The notes under the pieces are model-generated. The model saw only the letters and a list, made by a program, of their open reading frames with translations, was not told the DNA's origin and searched no databases. DNA of 64,000 nt from a virus, in the IMG/VR virus record IMGVR_UViG_3300028920_000061, positions 17,023 through 81,022 of that record; one strand, 5' to 3'. The position numbers were made by a program, and so were the translations under genes. How positions within the stretch are numbered: the stretch's first letter is position 1; the number at the start of each line of letters is the position of its first letter. Below are positions 8,995 through 16,823 of this stretch, one piece after another.

Positions 8995-9249
8995 ATGGGT
9001 GAAGCACCAAAGGGCTTCGAGCCCGAAACTGCCGTTGAAAAAACTGCGGACACCACCACAGAAGAAGCCCAGGCGGCCCCAGAATCCACTGGAGGGCAGC
9101 GGTCTGAAGAAGCTGCCGAAGAGGTTGCGTCGGAAGAGGCACCTGCAGAAGGCGGCTCAGAGGGCGCCGCAGAGCCTACAGCAGAAGATCCTGACGATGA
9201 ACCCTCTTCCGAGGTGCCTGAAGAGGACGAAAAAGCAGATTCCGAATAA
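8995..9249 (+). CDS. Highly acidic low-complexity protein
   Basis: AAGGAG RBS; E/A/P-rich 84 aa with almost no aromatic residues. Confidence 0.65.
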   Translation: MGEAPKGFEPETAVEKTADTTTEEAQAAPESTGGQRSEEAAEEVASEEAPAEGGSEGAAEPTAEDPDDEPSSEVPEEDEKADSE

Positions 9250-9338
9250 AAATCCAAGTAACTCCTTGATTCCAAGGCGGTTATTGTATCGGGAGACCCG
9301 AATGGGTCTCCCTTCACCATTTCAGAGAGGAATTCCAC

Positions 9339-10265
9339 ATGGGAAGTGGAAGAATGACAGCCGATGACTGGGGGGCATACTCGACCACCCATTTCGTAGA
9401 TCGTACAGTAGACAAGATCTACACCTCATCAACCATCGATTCCCGGTTCGATCCCAAGAAAATCACCATGAGAGAGTCGTGCGACTCTGATGACAATCCC
9501 GAATCAACAGCTGCTATCATCGCCCTGGATGTCACCGGTTCGATGTCTTATGTTCTGGAGGCAACTGCAAAGAACCTTGGCGTCCTGGTTCAGGAAGTCT
9601 ACGACCGGAAACCCATCACCGACCCCCACATGATGTTCATGGGAATCGGAGATGCGGAGATGAGAGACGAATATCCACTTCAGGTGACTCAGTTCGAAGC
9701 CGACATCCGGATTGCCGAACAACTCAAAAACATCTATTTCGAACGTCATGGCGGCGGCAACTCTTATGAGTCATATGCGCTGGCGTGGTATTTCGCGGCT
9801 CTGAGGACCAAAATTGACTGCTTCGAGAAGAGGGGCAAGAAAGGCACCCTGTTCACCATCGGTGATGAGGGTCCCACGCCATACCTGAAAGCAGACGACA
9901 TCGAGTACACTCTCGGGGAACGTCCTCAGAAGGACTTCACCGACAAAGAGCTGCTCGAAATGGTCTCACGGCAGTACGACGTGTTCCATCTCATCGTTGA
10001 AGAAGGCGACTTCGCCAGCCGGCACGGCGGGGAAGTGATCAAGAAGTGGACGGAGCTTCTTGGCCAGAGAGCTATCCCGATATCCGACTGTACCAAAGTT
10101 GCCGAAGTGATCGTGTCCGTTCTTCAAGCCAATGCGGGTGAAGACAAGGATAAAATCATTTCCAGTTGGGATGGCGACACATCAGTCGTTGTTTCAAAAG
10201 CAATCAACGGTCTCACTAAATCCGATGGGGTGGCCTCCTCATCGGATGGCGTTGTGGAACTATAG
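9339..10265 (+). CDS. von Willebrand factor A (vWA) domain protein
   Basis: MIDAS motif DVTGSM, GIGD, GGGNSYESY, FTIGDE. Confidence 0.9.
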   Translation: MGSGRMTADDWGAYSTTHFVDRTVDKIYTSSTIDSRFDPKKITMRESCDSDDNPESTAAIIALDVTGSMSYVLEATAKNLGVLVQEVYDRKPITDPHMMFMGIGDAEMRDEYPLQVTQFEADIRIAEQLKNIYFERHGGGNSYESYALAWYFAALRTKIDCFEKRGKKGTLFTIGDEGPTPYLKADDIEYTLGERPQKDFTDKELLEMVSRQYDVFHLIVEEGDFASRHGGEVIKKWTELLGQRAIPISDCTKVAEVIVSVLQANAGEDKDKIISSWDGDTSVVVSKAINGLTKSDGVASSSDGVVEL

Positions 10266-10282
10266 TTTCACTTCGCCCGACT

Positions 10283-10322
10283 GCGCCCAGGTTTCGTTAG
10301 GGTTTCCTGGGCGCTTTTTTTC
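10283..10322 (+). terminator. Intrinsic terminator
   Basis: GCGCCCAGG...CCTGGGCGC followed by T7. Confidence 0.75.
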
Positions 10323-10337
10323 TGGAGGATTTGTTAT

Positions 10338-10676
10338 ATGACTTACCCACATCCAGGAGTCGATGCCTGGGAAAGCTACAAAGAGGAAAATCCCATGGAA
10401 CTGAAAGTTCTTTTCTTCTGGGCCCCATGGTGCGCCCCATGCAAACTTATGAGTCCAGGATTTGATGATGCCTCAAAAGCAAATCCGAATATAAAATTCG
10501 AAAAAATAAATGTTGATCAGGATGACGCAACTCCAAACAGATATGGGGTATATGTTATCCCGTCAATATGTTTTTGCATCAATGGGCTTCTCTATCATAC
10601 TCATATCGGTATAATGACAGAATCTTCAATAAATGATGAAATTATGAAAATGAAAAAAGAAATCGAAAGTGGATAG
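10338..10676 (+). CDS. Thioredoxin
   Basis: FWAPWCAPCK, KINVD, YGVYVIP. Confidence 0.9.
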   Translation: MTYPHPGVDAWESYKEENPMELKVLFFWAPWCAPCKLMSPGFDDASKANPNIKFEKINVDQDDATPNRYGVYVIPSICFCINGLLYHTHIGIMTESSINDEIMKMKKEIESG

Positions 10677-10697
10677 ATTATTTGAAAGGAAGAATTT

Positions 10698-11873
10698 ATG
10701 AGAATCAAAGCAATAATTGGAAGTGGCATGGGTGATGAAGGTAAGGGTCGCATGACCGAATACTTTTCCGACAGCAAATCAATTGTTGTACGATTCAACG
10801 GAGGGGCACAAGCTGGTCATACTGTCGTACTTTCTGACTGGGCGCGTCATGTATTTCATCATTTTGGAAGTGGGAGCCTGCATGGTGCTCAAACATATCT
10901 GAGCAAATTTTTTATTGCCAATCCGATGTTCTTCTGTCGAGAGCGTAGAGAACTTCTGGCGAATTTTCAATGTAATCCTGATGTTTATATCAGTCCGTTT
11001 TGTTTTGTTACGACACCATGGGATATGATCATTAATGATCTAACAAATCAGAAAAACCAACATGGTACCTGTGGATTTGGCATTAACGAGACTGTTGAAC
11101 GATGTCAGAAGATGACATTAAATGTCAGTACGCTTCAGGCGGACTACTTTGACGACCTTCTCATGCACATCGTCAATGACTGGGTTCCGGTAAGAATTGA
11201 AGAGCTTGGGCTTGAGCCCGACGCAACATACCGCAAATGGCTTTCAAGCGAGAAGATGATAGACAATTTCAAAGATGATGTCAAATCATTTCTCAATTGG
11301 GTAACGATAGGAGACCCAAACTTTGACTTTGCCGAACAAGTCATTTTTGAAGGCGCTCAGGGACTCATGCTCGATCAGAATCATGAAAATTTCCCATATG
11401 TTACCAGGTCGAATACGGGAACCGGAAATGTCCGCGAACTGATTGAGGATTTTCATCTTCACGATGAACTGGAAGTGACATACGTTACCCGGTCATATGC
11501 GACCAGGCATGGGGCCGGACCTTTACTTCATGAGGATAAGACTCTCCAATATGGCGACCCAACAAACGTTCCAAACAGGTTTCAGGGAAGTCTACGATAT
11601 GGCCTTCTCGATATAAATCAAATTGTTCATGAAATCAATCAAGATATGGTAAATCTAAACGGCCTGGAGTACAATCCAAGTATTGCAGTCACCTGCCTGG
11701 ACCAAAATCCCGGATATTGTATCTGGGATGGTAAGGAAGAGCGCTTGTCACACAGTGAGCTATGCAAGCACGCTCTTGCGGACAATCTCCAGTTTAGCAA
11801 GGCGTATGGGTCCATTGGCCCCAGAACAACTGATCACATGAAAGTGTGGGAAAGGAAAGGGGTGCCAGTATAA
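10698..11873 (+). CDS. purA: Adenylosuccinate synthetase-like protein (divergent PurA family)
   Basis: GDEGKG, RFNGGAQAGHT, FEGAQGLMLD, FPYVTRS, TRHGAGP; canonical TTGR aspartate loop replaced by TNVPNRFQG. Confidence 0.85.
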   Translation: MRIKAIIGSGMGDEGKGRMTEYFSDSKSIVVRFNGGAQAGHTVVLSDWARHVFHHFGSGSLHGAQTYLSKFFIANPMFFCRERRELLANFQCNPDVYISPFCFVTTPWDMIINDLTNQKNQHGTCGFGINETVERCQKMTLNVSTLQADYFDDLLMHIVNDWVPVRIEELGLEPDATYRKWLSSEKMIDNFKDDVKSFLNWVTIGDPNFDFAEQVIFEGAQGLMLDQNHENFPYVTRSNTGTGNVRELIEDFHLHDELEVTYVTRSYATRHGAGPLLHEDKTLQYGDPTNVPNRFQGSLRYGLLDINQIVHEINQDMVNLNGLEYNPSIAVTCLDQNPGYCIWDGKEERLSHSELCKHALADNLQFSKAYGSIGPRTTDHMKVWERKGVPV

Positions 11874-12226
11874 TGGCTGAAGTAGCGCTGGTCAAAATCA
11901 CTTGTTGCGCCGAAGGTTACCATGTTCCATTCTGGATATCGGCAGCGCACAATTCGCATCTTCATGATACGCATGAATGGTTCTATTGTCCGAATGGTCA
12001 TCAACAGCATTACCCGCAGGAGACCGACGAAGAAAAATTCAAGCGACTCTACGAATTCGAAAAGAAAAATCGGGTTCAGGTAGAGCGTAGAGCAGAAAGA
12101 AATTACCAGAATTTTGAACAACAGATTCGATATACAGCGGCGCAGAAAGGGCTCGTTACAAAACTTCGCAAACAACTGAGGGAAAAGAATGAAAGAGATA
12201 ATCTACCCAAACGGGGAAACGCTTGA
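11873..12226 (+). CDS. Hypothetical protein with Cys/His motif and coiled coil
   Basis: FYCPNGHQQHY followed by a coiled coil; ATG overlaps the purA stop. Confidence 0.65.
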   Translation: MAEVALVKITCCAEGYHVPFWISAAHNSHLHDTHEWFYCPNGHQQHYPQETDEEKFKRLYEFEKKNRVQVERRAERNYQNFEQQIRYTAAQKGLVTKLRKQLREKNERDNLPKRGNA

Positions 12227-12452
12227 CTTTGAAACAAAAAAAGAGAAGCCAAGTCTTAAAGAACTGCAGAAAGCGGTTGGGGGGTACATTGAGTTGGTTC
12301 AGCTTCTTGATGGCAATATCATGATCATAAATGAAGAAGGGAAGCTCAACGATCTTGAGCCGAACCATGTTGCTACTGAAAAAGCGTTTCCTAAAGGTGG
12401 TGATATTATTGTCGGGAATGCTGTCGTACTTTCACCGGAGTTGATGATCTAA
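12189..12452 (+). CDS. DUF3846-like protein
   Basis: LKELQKAVGGYIE...INEEGKL..L.PN...IVGNAV. Confidence 0.75.
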   Translation: MKEIIYPNGETLDFETKKEKPSLKELQKAVGGYIELVQLLDGNIMIINEEGKLNDLEPNHVATEKAFPKGGDIIVGNAVVLSPELMI

Positions 12453-12676
12453 TGCCAGAAATTATTATAACCATAGCAGCCAAAGAGCTGGATCATGAGC
12501 AGCTTGATGAGGTTCGATATACAATTGAAAAGGTGGCTTCTTTGTTAGCAAATTCAAAGCCACCAAGCTTAAATGAAGTTATGGCGAATGCGTTAACAGG
12601 CACATTACCTGAGATGAGAACTCCAACCATGGTAATGAAAGCCACTTATGATTACATGCGGGGGAATCGTGGGTGA
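12452..12676 (+). CDS. Hypothetical protein
   Basis: Translationally coupled (TAATG). Confidence 0.55.
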   Translation: MPEIIITIAAKELDHEQLDEVRYTIEKVASLLANSKPPSLNEVMANALTGTLPEMRTPTMVMKATYDYMRGNRG

Positions 12677-12820
12677 ATACATGATACCAGCAGATGAGTT
12701 TATTGACGGGTTCGAAGACTTCCTTCGTAACTTTGAAGGTAATGTGTCAGCGGAATGTGTAGCCGAAGCGTGGAACAGGCTGGCTGAAAAATACGAATGG
12801 TCTGATAAGTTATTTGCCAA

Positions 12821-13027
12821 ATGAAAAGAAAAAGAATTGATATACCCAATGACGCGGTTCGGTCACTTGACTGGTTATGTGAAAAATGTGGCGAATCGCG
12901 TCCTGGGTGTATTTTAAGATTAATAGCAATGGGAGTTCGTGAAACAGAACTTTTTCTTCAAAGAAAGAAGTATCAAGAAGTTATCAATCGGTGGGGAGAA
13001 CCTACTCGAAAGATGGTCAAAAAATGA
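12821..13027 (+). CDS. Small basic protein, possibly ribbon-helix-helix
   Basis: MKRKRIDIPNDAVRSLDWL...SRPGCILRLI pattern; last gene before the cassette array. Confidence 0.5.
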   Translation: MKRKRIDIPNDAVRSLDWLCEKCGESRPGCILRLIAMGVRETELFLQRKKYQEVINRWGEPTRKMVKK

Positions 13028-13091
13028 AAGTTTGTAATACAAGGAGTTATGCAAAACTCTAGTCATGCTTTTTATTGATCGGAGGTTGCTT

Positions 13092-13322
13092 GTGTTTCAA
13101 ATAATGTTAGCATCATTCATAACAGGGTTTGTGTGTTTCTTGCTTGGTTGCTGGTATCAGCAACGCAACAGTAACACTAAGGTAGGCACTCCTTCCGCAT
13201 CGCACAACAGGCCAATTATGCAAGTTTGCCCTGTGTGCGGTAGTAGCGTTTCTTTACAACCATCTTTGGGTGCAAATATATACGGCTGTTGCAAGTGCGA
13301 GTGGTACGGCAAACCAGCATAA
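13092..13322 (+). CDS. Cassette 1: membrane anchor plus CxxC...CxxC zinc ribbon
   Basis: GGAGG then GTG 13092; hydrophobic N-terminus; the CPVCG...CCKC tail is encoded inside hairpin 1. Confidence 0.6.
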   Translation: MFQIMLASFITGFVCFLLGCWYQQRNSNTKVGTPSASHNRPIMQVCPVCGSSVSLQPSLGANIYGCCKCEWYGKPA

Positions 13323-13378
13323 GTTGGCCGAACCGTTGTCGGCAATATCTGTTGAACCATAATGTAAAGGAGTGCCTA

Positions 13379-13696
13379 ATGGCAAATTTTCGTAATCAAC
13401 TTACCGACCTTATCAACTGTCACTCGCTAGAGAACGGCAGTGATACTCCAGACTACATCTTGGCAGCATACTTGGATGGTTGCCGCAAAGAATTTGACGC
13501 TGCCGTTAACGCCCGTGCTCGGCACTCCTCAGAACAAGAGGTGTCAACAGAGAAAGCCGACAACAGCGACTATGCGGCGGCGCTTGAAGTGTGGGGCGAG
13601 TTTTTGAACACGTTCGTGATAACAGAAAGCGATAATAAGGTTTTTCCAGAGTGGTGTCGTAAGCGCCTCAATTCGGAGAAACCGAACTGCGCATAA
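13379..13696 (+). CDS. Cassette 2: hypothetical protein
   Basis: AAGGAG RBS; LINCHSLENGSDTPDYILAAYL is a recurrent small-phage-protein pattern. Confidence 0.75.
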   Translation: MANFRNQLTDLINCHSLENGSDTPDYILAAYLDGCRKEFDAAVNARARHSSEQEVSTEKADNSDYAAALEVWGEFLNTFVITESDNKVFPEWCRKRLNSEKPNCA

Positions 13697-13745
13697 TCGC
13701 AAACGTTGTACAAAATTTGTGCGCTTTTGAATTGGAGGTTGCGCC

Positions 13746-13949
13746 GTGAAATATTGTAAGGTTGAATTTATGTGCGATTGGTATCCGAACGATACGAGTA
13801 AATGCCCTCACCGTGTTTTAGATAAGTACCGTGATTGCATTTACGAAAATATTATTGCCGAAAACTATGCTATTTGTGGCAGCGAAGAGGCGCAACGGGA
13901 AGCTATGGAAGCGCACAAACTTCGTACAACAGGCCAAGTGTCGCAATAG
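13746..13949 (+). CDS. Cassette 3: Cys-rich hypothetical protein
   Basis: GGAGG RBS, GTG start. Confidence 0.65.
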   Translation: MKYCKVEFMCDWYPNDTSKCPHRVLDKYRDCIYENIIAENYAICGSEEAQREAMEAHKLRTTGQVSQ

Positions 13950-14020
13950 TCAAAGCACTACTGCGCACGTTGGCCGGAACGTTGCAGGCCATAGGGGCTG
14001 AACCATATTGGAGGTTGGTA

Positions 14021-14302
14021 GTGGTGCAAGTAAAGTGGTTGCAGATATACAAGTGTCGTGACTGTTGGCACCTTGAGCCGAGTTACGGAACTGGTGATAG
14101 GCGTTGCGGATTAACTGGGCGCAAGTGTGAATATGTCCCCGGCGTTGGGTGGTATGAGGATGTGCCGGAATGGTGTCCACTACCAACAGCAGAATCGGAG
14201 TCAGCCCCAACAGGCCAACAACAGTCCGCAGGAACGCCATTGTCGCAGGATTATGGAATAAATAAACGGTTGGAGCGCGAACAACAGCGTCCGTGCGGCT
14301 AA
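14021..14302 (+). CDS. Cassette 4: Cys-rich protein (CxxC...C...PEWCPL)
   Basis: GGAGG RBS; CRDCWH...RRCGLT...VPEWCPLP. Confidence 0.65.
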   Translation: MVQVKWLQIYKCRDCWHLEPSYGTGDRRCGLTGRKCEYVPGVGWYEDVPEWCPLPTAESESAPTGQQQSAGTPLSQDYGINKRLEREQQRPCG

Positions 14303-14348
14303 TCGTTGTAGGTCATAGCTGGTGAACCATATTGTAAAGGCGGTCAAC

Positions 14349-14639
14349 ATGGATTTTGAAAATAGAAAGAAGTTGCGCGAGAAGTACCGAGAAGAAACTG
14401 GATTTATGTGGAAGGTTCCACACCCAAAGTTTCTGCTTGCATCAGAGGGGTATGTCATGTGGCTTGAAGACCGCCTTGAAAAGGCGGAGTCACCAGCAAC
14501 GAACCCACAACAAACGCAGCCTGCCATTGCTCAACTCTGGGAACGGTATTCTGGTATTATGCCTGACGATACTCTGGAGAAACGTGCTTGTATTGCTAAT
14601 TTTGTCAGATATGTTGAGCAACAACAGGCGGGTGCGTAA
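14349..14639 (+). CDS. Cassette 5: hypothetical protein
   Basis: LREKYREETG...YVMWLEDRL; stop lies inside hairpin 5. Confidence 0.65.
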   Translation: MDFENRKKLREKYREETGFMWKVPHPKFLLASEGYVMWLEDRLEKAESPATNPQQTQPAIAQLWERYSGIMPDDTLEKRACIANFVRYVEQQQAGA

Positions 14640-14696
14640 TCAGTTGTGCGCAATCAACTGGCGAGTCTACATTGTAGGCCGCCGAAGGAGGTAAAG

Positions 14697-14900
14697 ATGA
14701 AAGGATTTATCGGTTTGATTATTGTGGTTCAAATTGTAGTGTACATCGGGATGGTGTCACTGGTCGGATGGGGCCTCTGGACTGGCGCAAGATATGTGTC
14801 AAAGCACGGCGTAAAATCAATTGTAGAGGAAATGTGGAACGGGTCGGCGGCAGAAAAAGAGGGTTCGCCAGTTGACAACACACAACAGCCGCAGCACTAA
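14697..14900 (+). CDS. Cassette 6: single-pass membrane protein
   Basis: AAGGAGG RBS; long hydrophobic helix followed by HGVKSIVEEMWNG. Confidence 0.7.
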   Translation: MKGFIGLIIVVQIVVYIGMVSLVGWGLWTGARYVSKHGVKSIVEEMWNGSAAEKEGSPVDNTQQPQH

Positions 14901-14977
14901 ATACTATCGTACTTCGTGCGAGTGCGGCGATACGTTGTGTGTTCGCTTCGCAAATTTTAACCTTTGGAGTATTGTAA

Positions 14978-15250
14978 ATGGAAATACATTGTTGCGGTTG
15001 CGTTGCTGAAGATATTTGTGAGGCTGTTCAGGGCGATAATAGATGTCTTGATTTCCATAAGGCTTTGGAAGCGGTTAAAACGTCACACAACAGCGCTAGT
15101 ACGCAATATTTTCCCGATGAAAAGGAGATGAAACATGCCGCGAGTCAGTGGATTGATTACCTAAGCACTATAGATTCAACATACTCTGACTTAGAGCAAA
15201 CTTTTATACAGGGAGTACGATGGGGTATCGGCCAACTGCCGGGCAAGTAG
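14978..15250 (+). CDS. Cassette 7: hypothetical protein
   Basis: GGAG RBS; Cys-rich N-terminus; more than half of the ORF lies within hairpin 7. Confidence 0.6.
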   Translation: MEIHCCGCVAEDICEAVQGDNRCLDFHKALEAVKTSHNSASTQYFPDEKEMKHAASQWIDYLSTIDSTYSDLEQTFIQGVRWGIGQLPGK

Positions 15251-15296
15251 TGCGAGACGTTTTGTGAATATGCCGATGTAAAATGCAAATGGAGGT

Positions 15297-15617
15297 GTGA
15301 TTAAACATGAAAGCTATAGTATTCGGATCAGAAGGTTGTGTGAAAGTCCAGTCAGCTTTTTAACAATTGGAGGCGGCATGCCACATTTCAGCGAAGAAGA
15401 AACGATTTCGATAATCAAACGTCTGATTGAGTTAGCAGAAATCAAGGAAGGGCGCCTCAAATCTAAGGAGTTGGCTACTTCACCCAACAACCGCTATGCG
15501 ACGGCGCTTGAGGTGTTGAATGAGTATGAAGAGGATGATTCATATTCTCCCAACGAACCGCCGTTTGAGATATGGCTCAAGTTGCGCCTAAATGCCGATG
15601 GCACTTCGCATAGCTAA
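15297..15617 (+). CDS. Cassette 8: hypothetical protein (start may be ATG 15378)
   Basis: GGAGG before both candidate starts; C-terminal tail homologous to cassette 2. Confidence 0.6.
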   Translation: MIKHESYSIRIRRLCESPVSFLTIGGGMPHFSEEETISIIKRLIELAEIKEGRLKSKELATSPNNRYATALEVLNEYEEDDSYSPNEPPFEIWLKLRLNADGTSHS

Positions 15618-15679
15618 ATCGTTATAGTCAATAAATTTGCCTTCTGATAGTATAGTCAGCTGGTAAGAAAGGAATTATT

Positions 15680-15832
15680 ATGCCATTGTATACAGTATCA
15701 GCAGATTGTCCAATCACGGAGTACGAAGCTGATGATGAAATGGGTGCTATCGAACAGTATTCTGAGAATTATCGTGTTAATTACAAGTTTTGTTCAGCAA
15801 CAAAGTGTGATGAACCCGCTGAAGAAGAATAA
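15680..15832 (+). CDS. Cassette 9: 50-aa acidic protein (not in ORF track)
   Basis: AAAGGA RBS; MPLYTVSADCPITEYEADDEMGAIEQ...AEEE*. Confidence 0.6.
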   Translation: MPLYTVSADCPITEYEADDEMGAIEQYSENYRVNYKFCSATKCDEPAEEE

Positions 15833-15937
15833 GGTGGGCAAATTTACAGCAACCAACAACCGTATGGTGTTCGTTTCACGAATGCGGGTATGCACTTCAC
15901 CATACTTTCCCGTTATAGGCTGTTTGAGGAGGCTTTT

Positions 15938-16204
15938 ATGGATATAGCAAATTTGACCCGATACACTATTGATTATGTTCCAGACTCTTGTGATGGTGAT
16001 TATGTTCAGCATAATGTAAGCAAGGATGGCGAGTATGTCAAATTTGAGGAAGCTATGGAAGCCTCCTCAAACAGCCTACAACAGCTAAAGGCTGAAATTT
16101 TAGCACTACGCAAAGATGGTGTAGTTGCAGACGATATGTATTGGATTGGTTGGAACATGGCCCTTGAACGTACTGCTGGTATGCTAAAACAATCAGCCGT
16201 TTAG
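15938..16204 (+). CDS. Cassette 10: hypothetical protein
   Basis: GAGGAGG RBS; LTRY...DGEYVKFEEA pattern. Confidence 0.7.
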   Translation: MDIANLTRYTIDYVPDSCDGDYVQHNVSKDGEYVKFEEAMEASSNSLQQLKAEILALRKDGVVADDMYWIGWNMALERTAGMLKQSAV

Positions 16205-16250
16205 CAAACATTGTCGGTAATCGGTTGTCAAATTATAGAAGGGCGGCAAA

Positions 16251-16562
16251 ATGAAGTTGAAAATGCACTCGTTTGATTTTGGTGAAAACACTCTGACATT
16301 TAGTATTCCCGCTGCTACTATGGAGTCCCATGCTTGGGGTAATGTCCCTGATGGTGTAGATGTAGACCTGTCCAAGGTGACTAATGACGTTGCCCTTGGG
16401 ACTAATGGAACAACCGACTCCGCTGGCGCTACCGACAACATCGCAAGGGACGAAATATTGCGCTGTATCACGTACATAGATAATTATTTATCGGCTGGCA
16501 ATATTGAATCGGCTCGCAAATGGTGCAACGAAGTACGCGCAATACTATCGCCCGTTGCGTAA
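16251..16562 (+). CDS. Cassette 11: hypothetical protein
   Basis: ORF ends within hairpin 11. Confidence 0.6.
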   Translation: MKLKMHSFDFGENTLTFSIPAATMESHAWGNVPDGVDVDLSKVTNDVALGTNGTTDSAGATDNIARDEILRCITYIDNYLSAGNIESARKWCNEVRAILSPVA

Positions 16563-16599
16563 CCGTTGCACGCCAGTTTTGATTTTGGAGATTTGTATT

Positions 16600-16782
16600 A
16601 TGTCAATATTGCCTAAACGTTGCAAATGTGGCAGATGGTCGTGGAGTATTCGGCGTAGAAGATTAAACACAGCCTACGTTGACGAGGAAAGAAATTATAT
16701 GTACTCGTGTCGCGAGTGCTATGAAGAGGCTTACGAATACTACGCCGAACGATGGGCGGATTATTATGCTAATTGCATGTAG
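16600..16782 (+). CDS. Cassette 12: small Cys-containing protein
   Basis: GGAG RBS; CKCG...RRRLNTAYVDEERNY..SCRECYE...YYAERWADYY. Confidence 0.7.
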   Translation: MSILPKRCKCGRWSWSIRRRRLNTAYVDEERNYMYSCRECYEEAYEYYAERWADYYANCM

Positions 16783-16823
16783 GAAGTGCAAAACCAGCAT
16801 GCAACAACAGCCGGAGGTAAAAA

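Larger units (their letters stand above)
13030..16805 (+). mobile_element. Integron-like gene cassette array (12 cassettes, 11 complete attC-like hairpins; CALIN-like)
   Basis: AAC...GTT hairpins at 13206-13337, 13562-13707, 13928-13983, 14220-14307, 14509-14645, 14884-14936, 15089-15261, 15486-15623, 15855-15914, 16080-16212 (ATT) and 16437-16567. The sequence after each GTT is reverse-complementary to the sequence before the next AAC. Confidence 0.85.

Noticed and set aside
10698-11873. PurZ (Z-genome, diaminopurine synthesis)
   Set aside because: It retains Asp in GDEGKG, where PurZ has Ser, and no datZ/mazZ-like neighbours are visible.
13289-16599. Long N-terminal extensions of ORF-track calls (13289, 13835, 14646, 15890, 16504) and ORF 15732..15947
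   Set aside because: The extensions cross cassette boundaries and better RBS-linked starts lie inside each cassette; 15732..15947 overlaps the RBS-supported 15680..15832 ORF.
13030-16805. CRISPR array or simple tandem repeat
   Set aside because: There are no identical repeats; units vary from 53 to 173 nt and separate whole genes; no cas genes.
13030-16805. Hairpins as intrinsic terminators or MITE/IS ends
   Set aside because: No U-tracts, they overlap coding sequence, arms are unique per gene, and no target-site duplications or transposase are seen.
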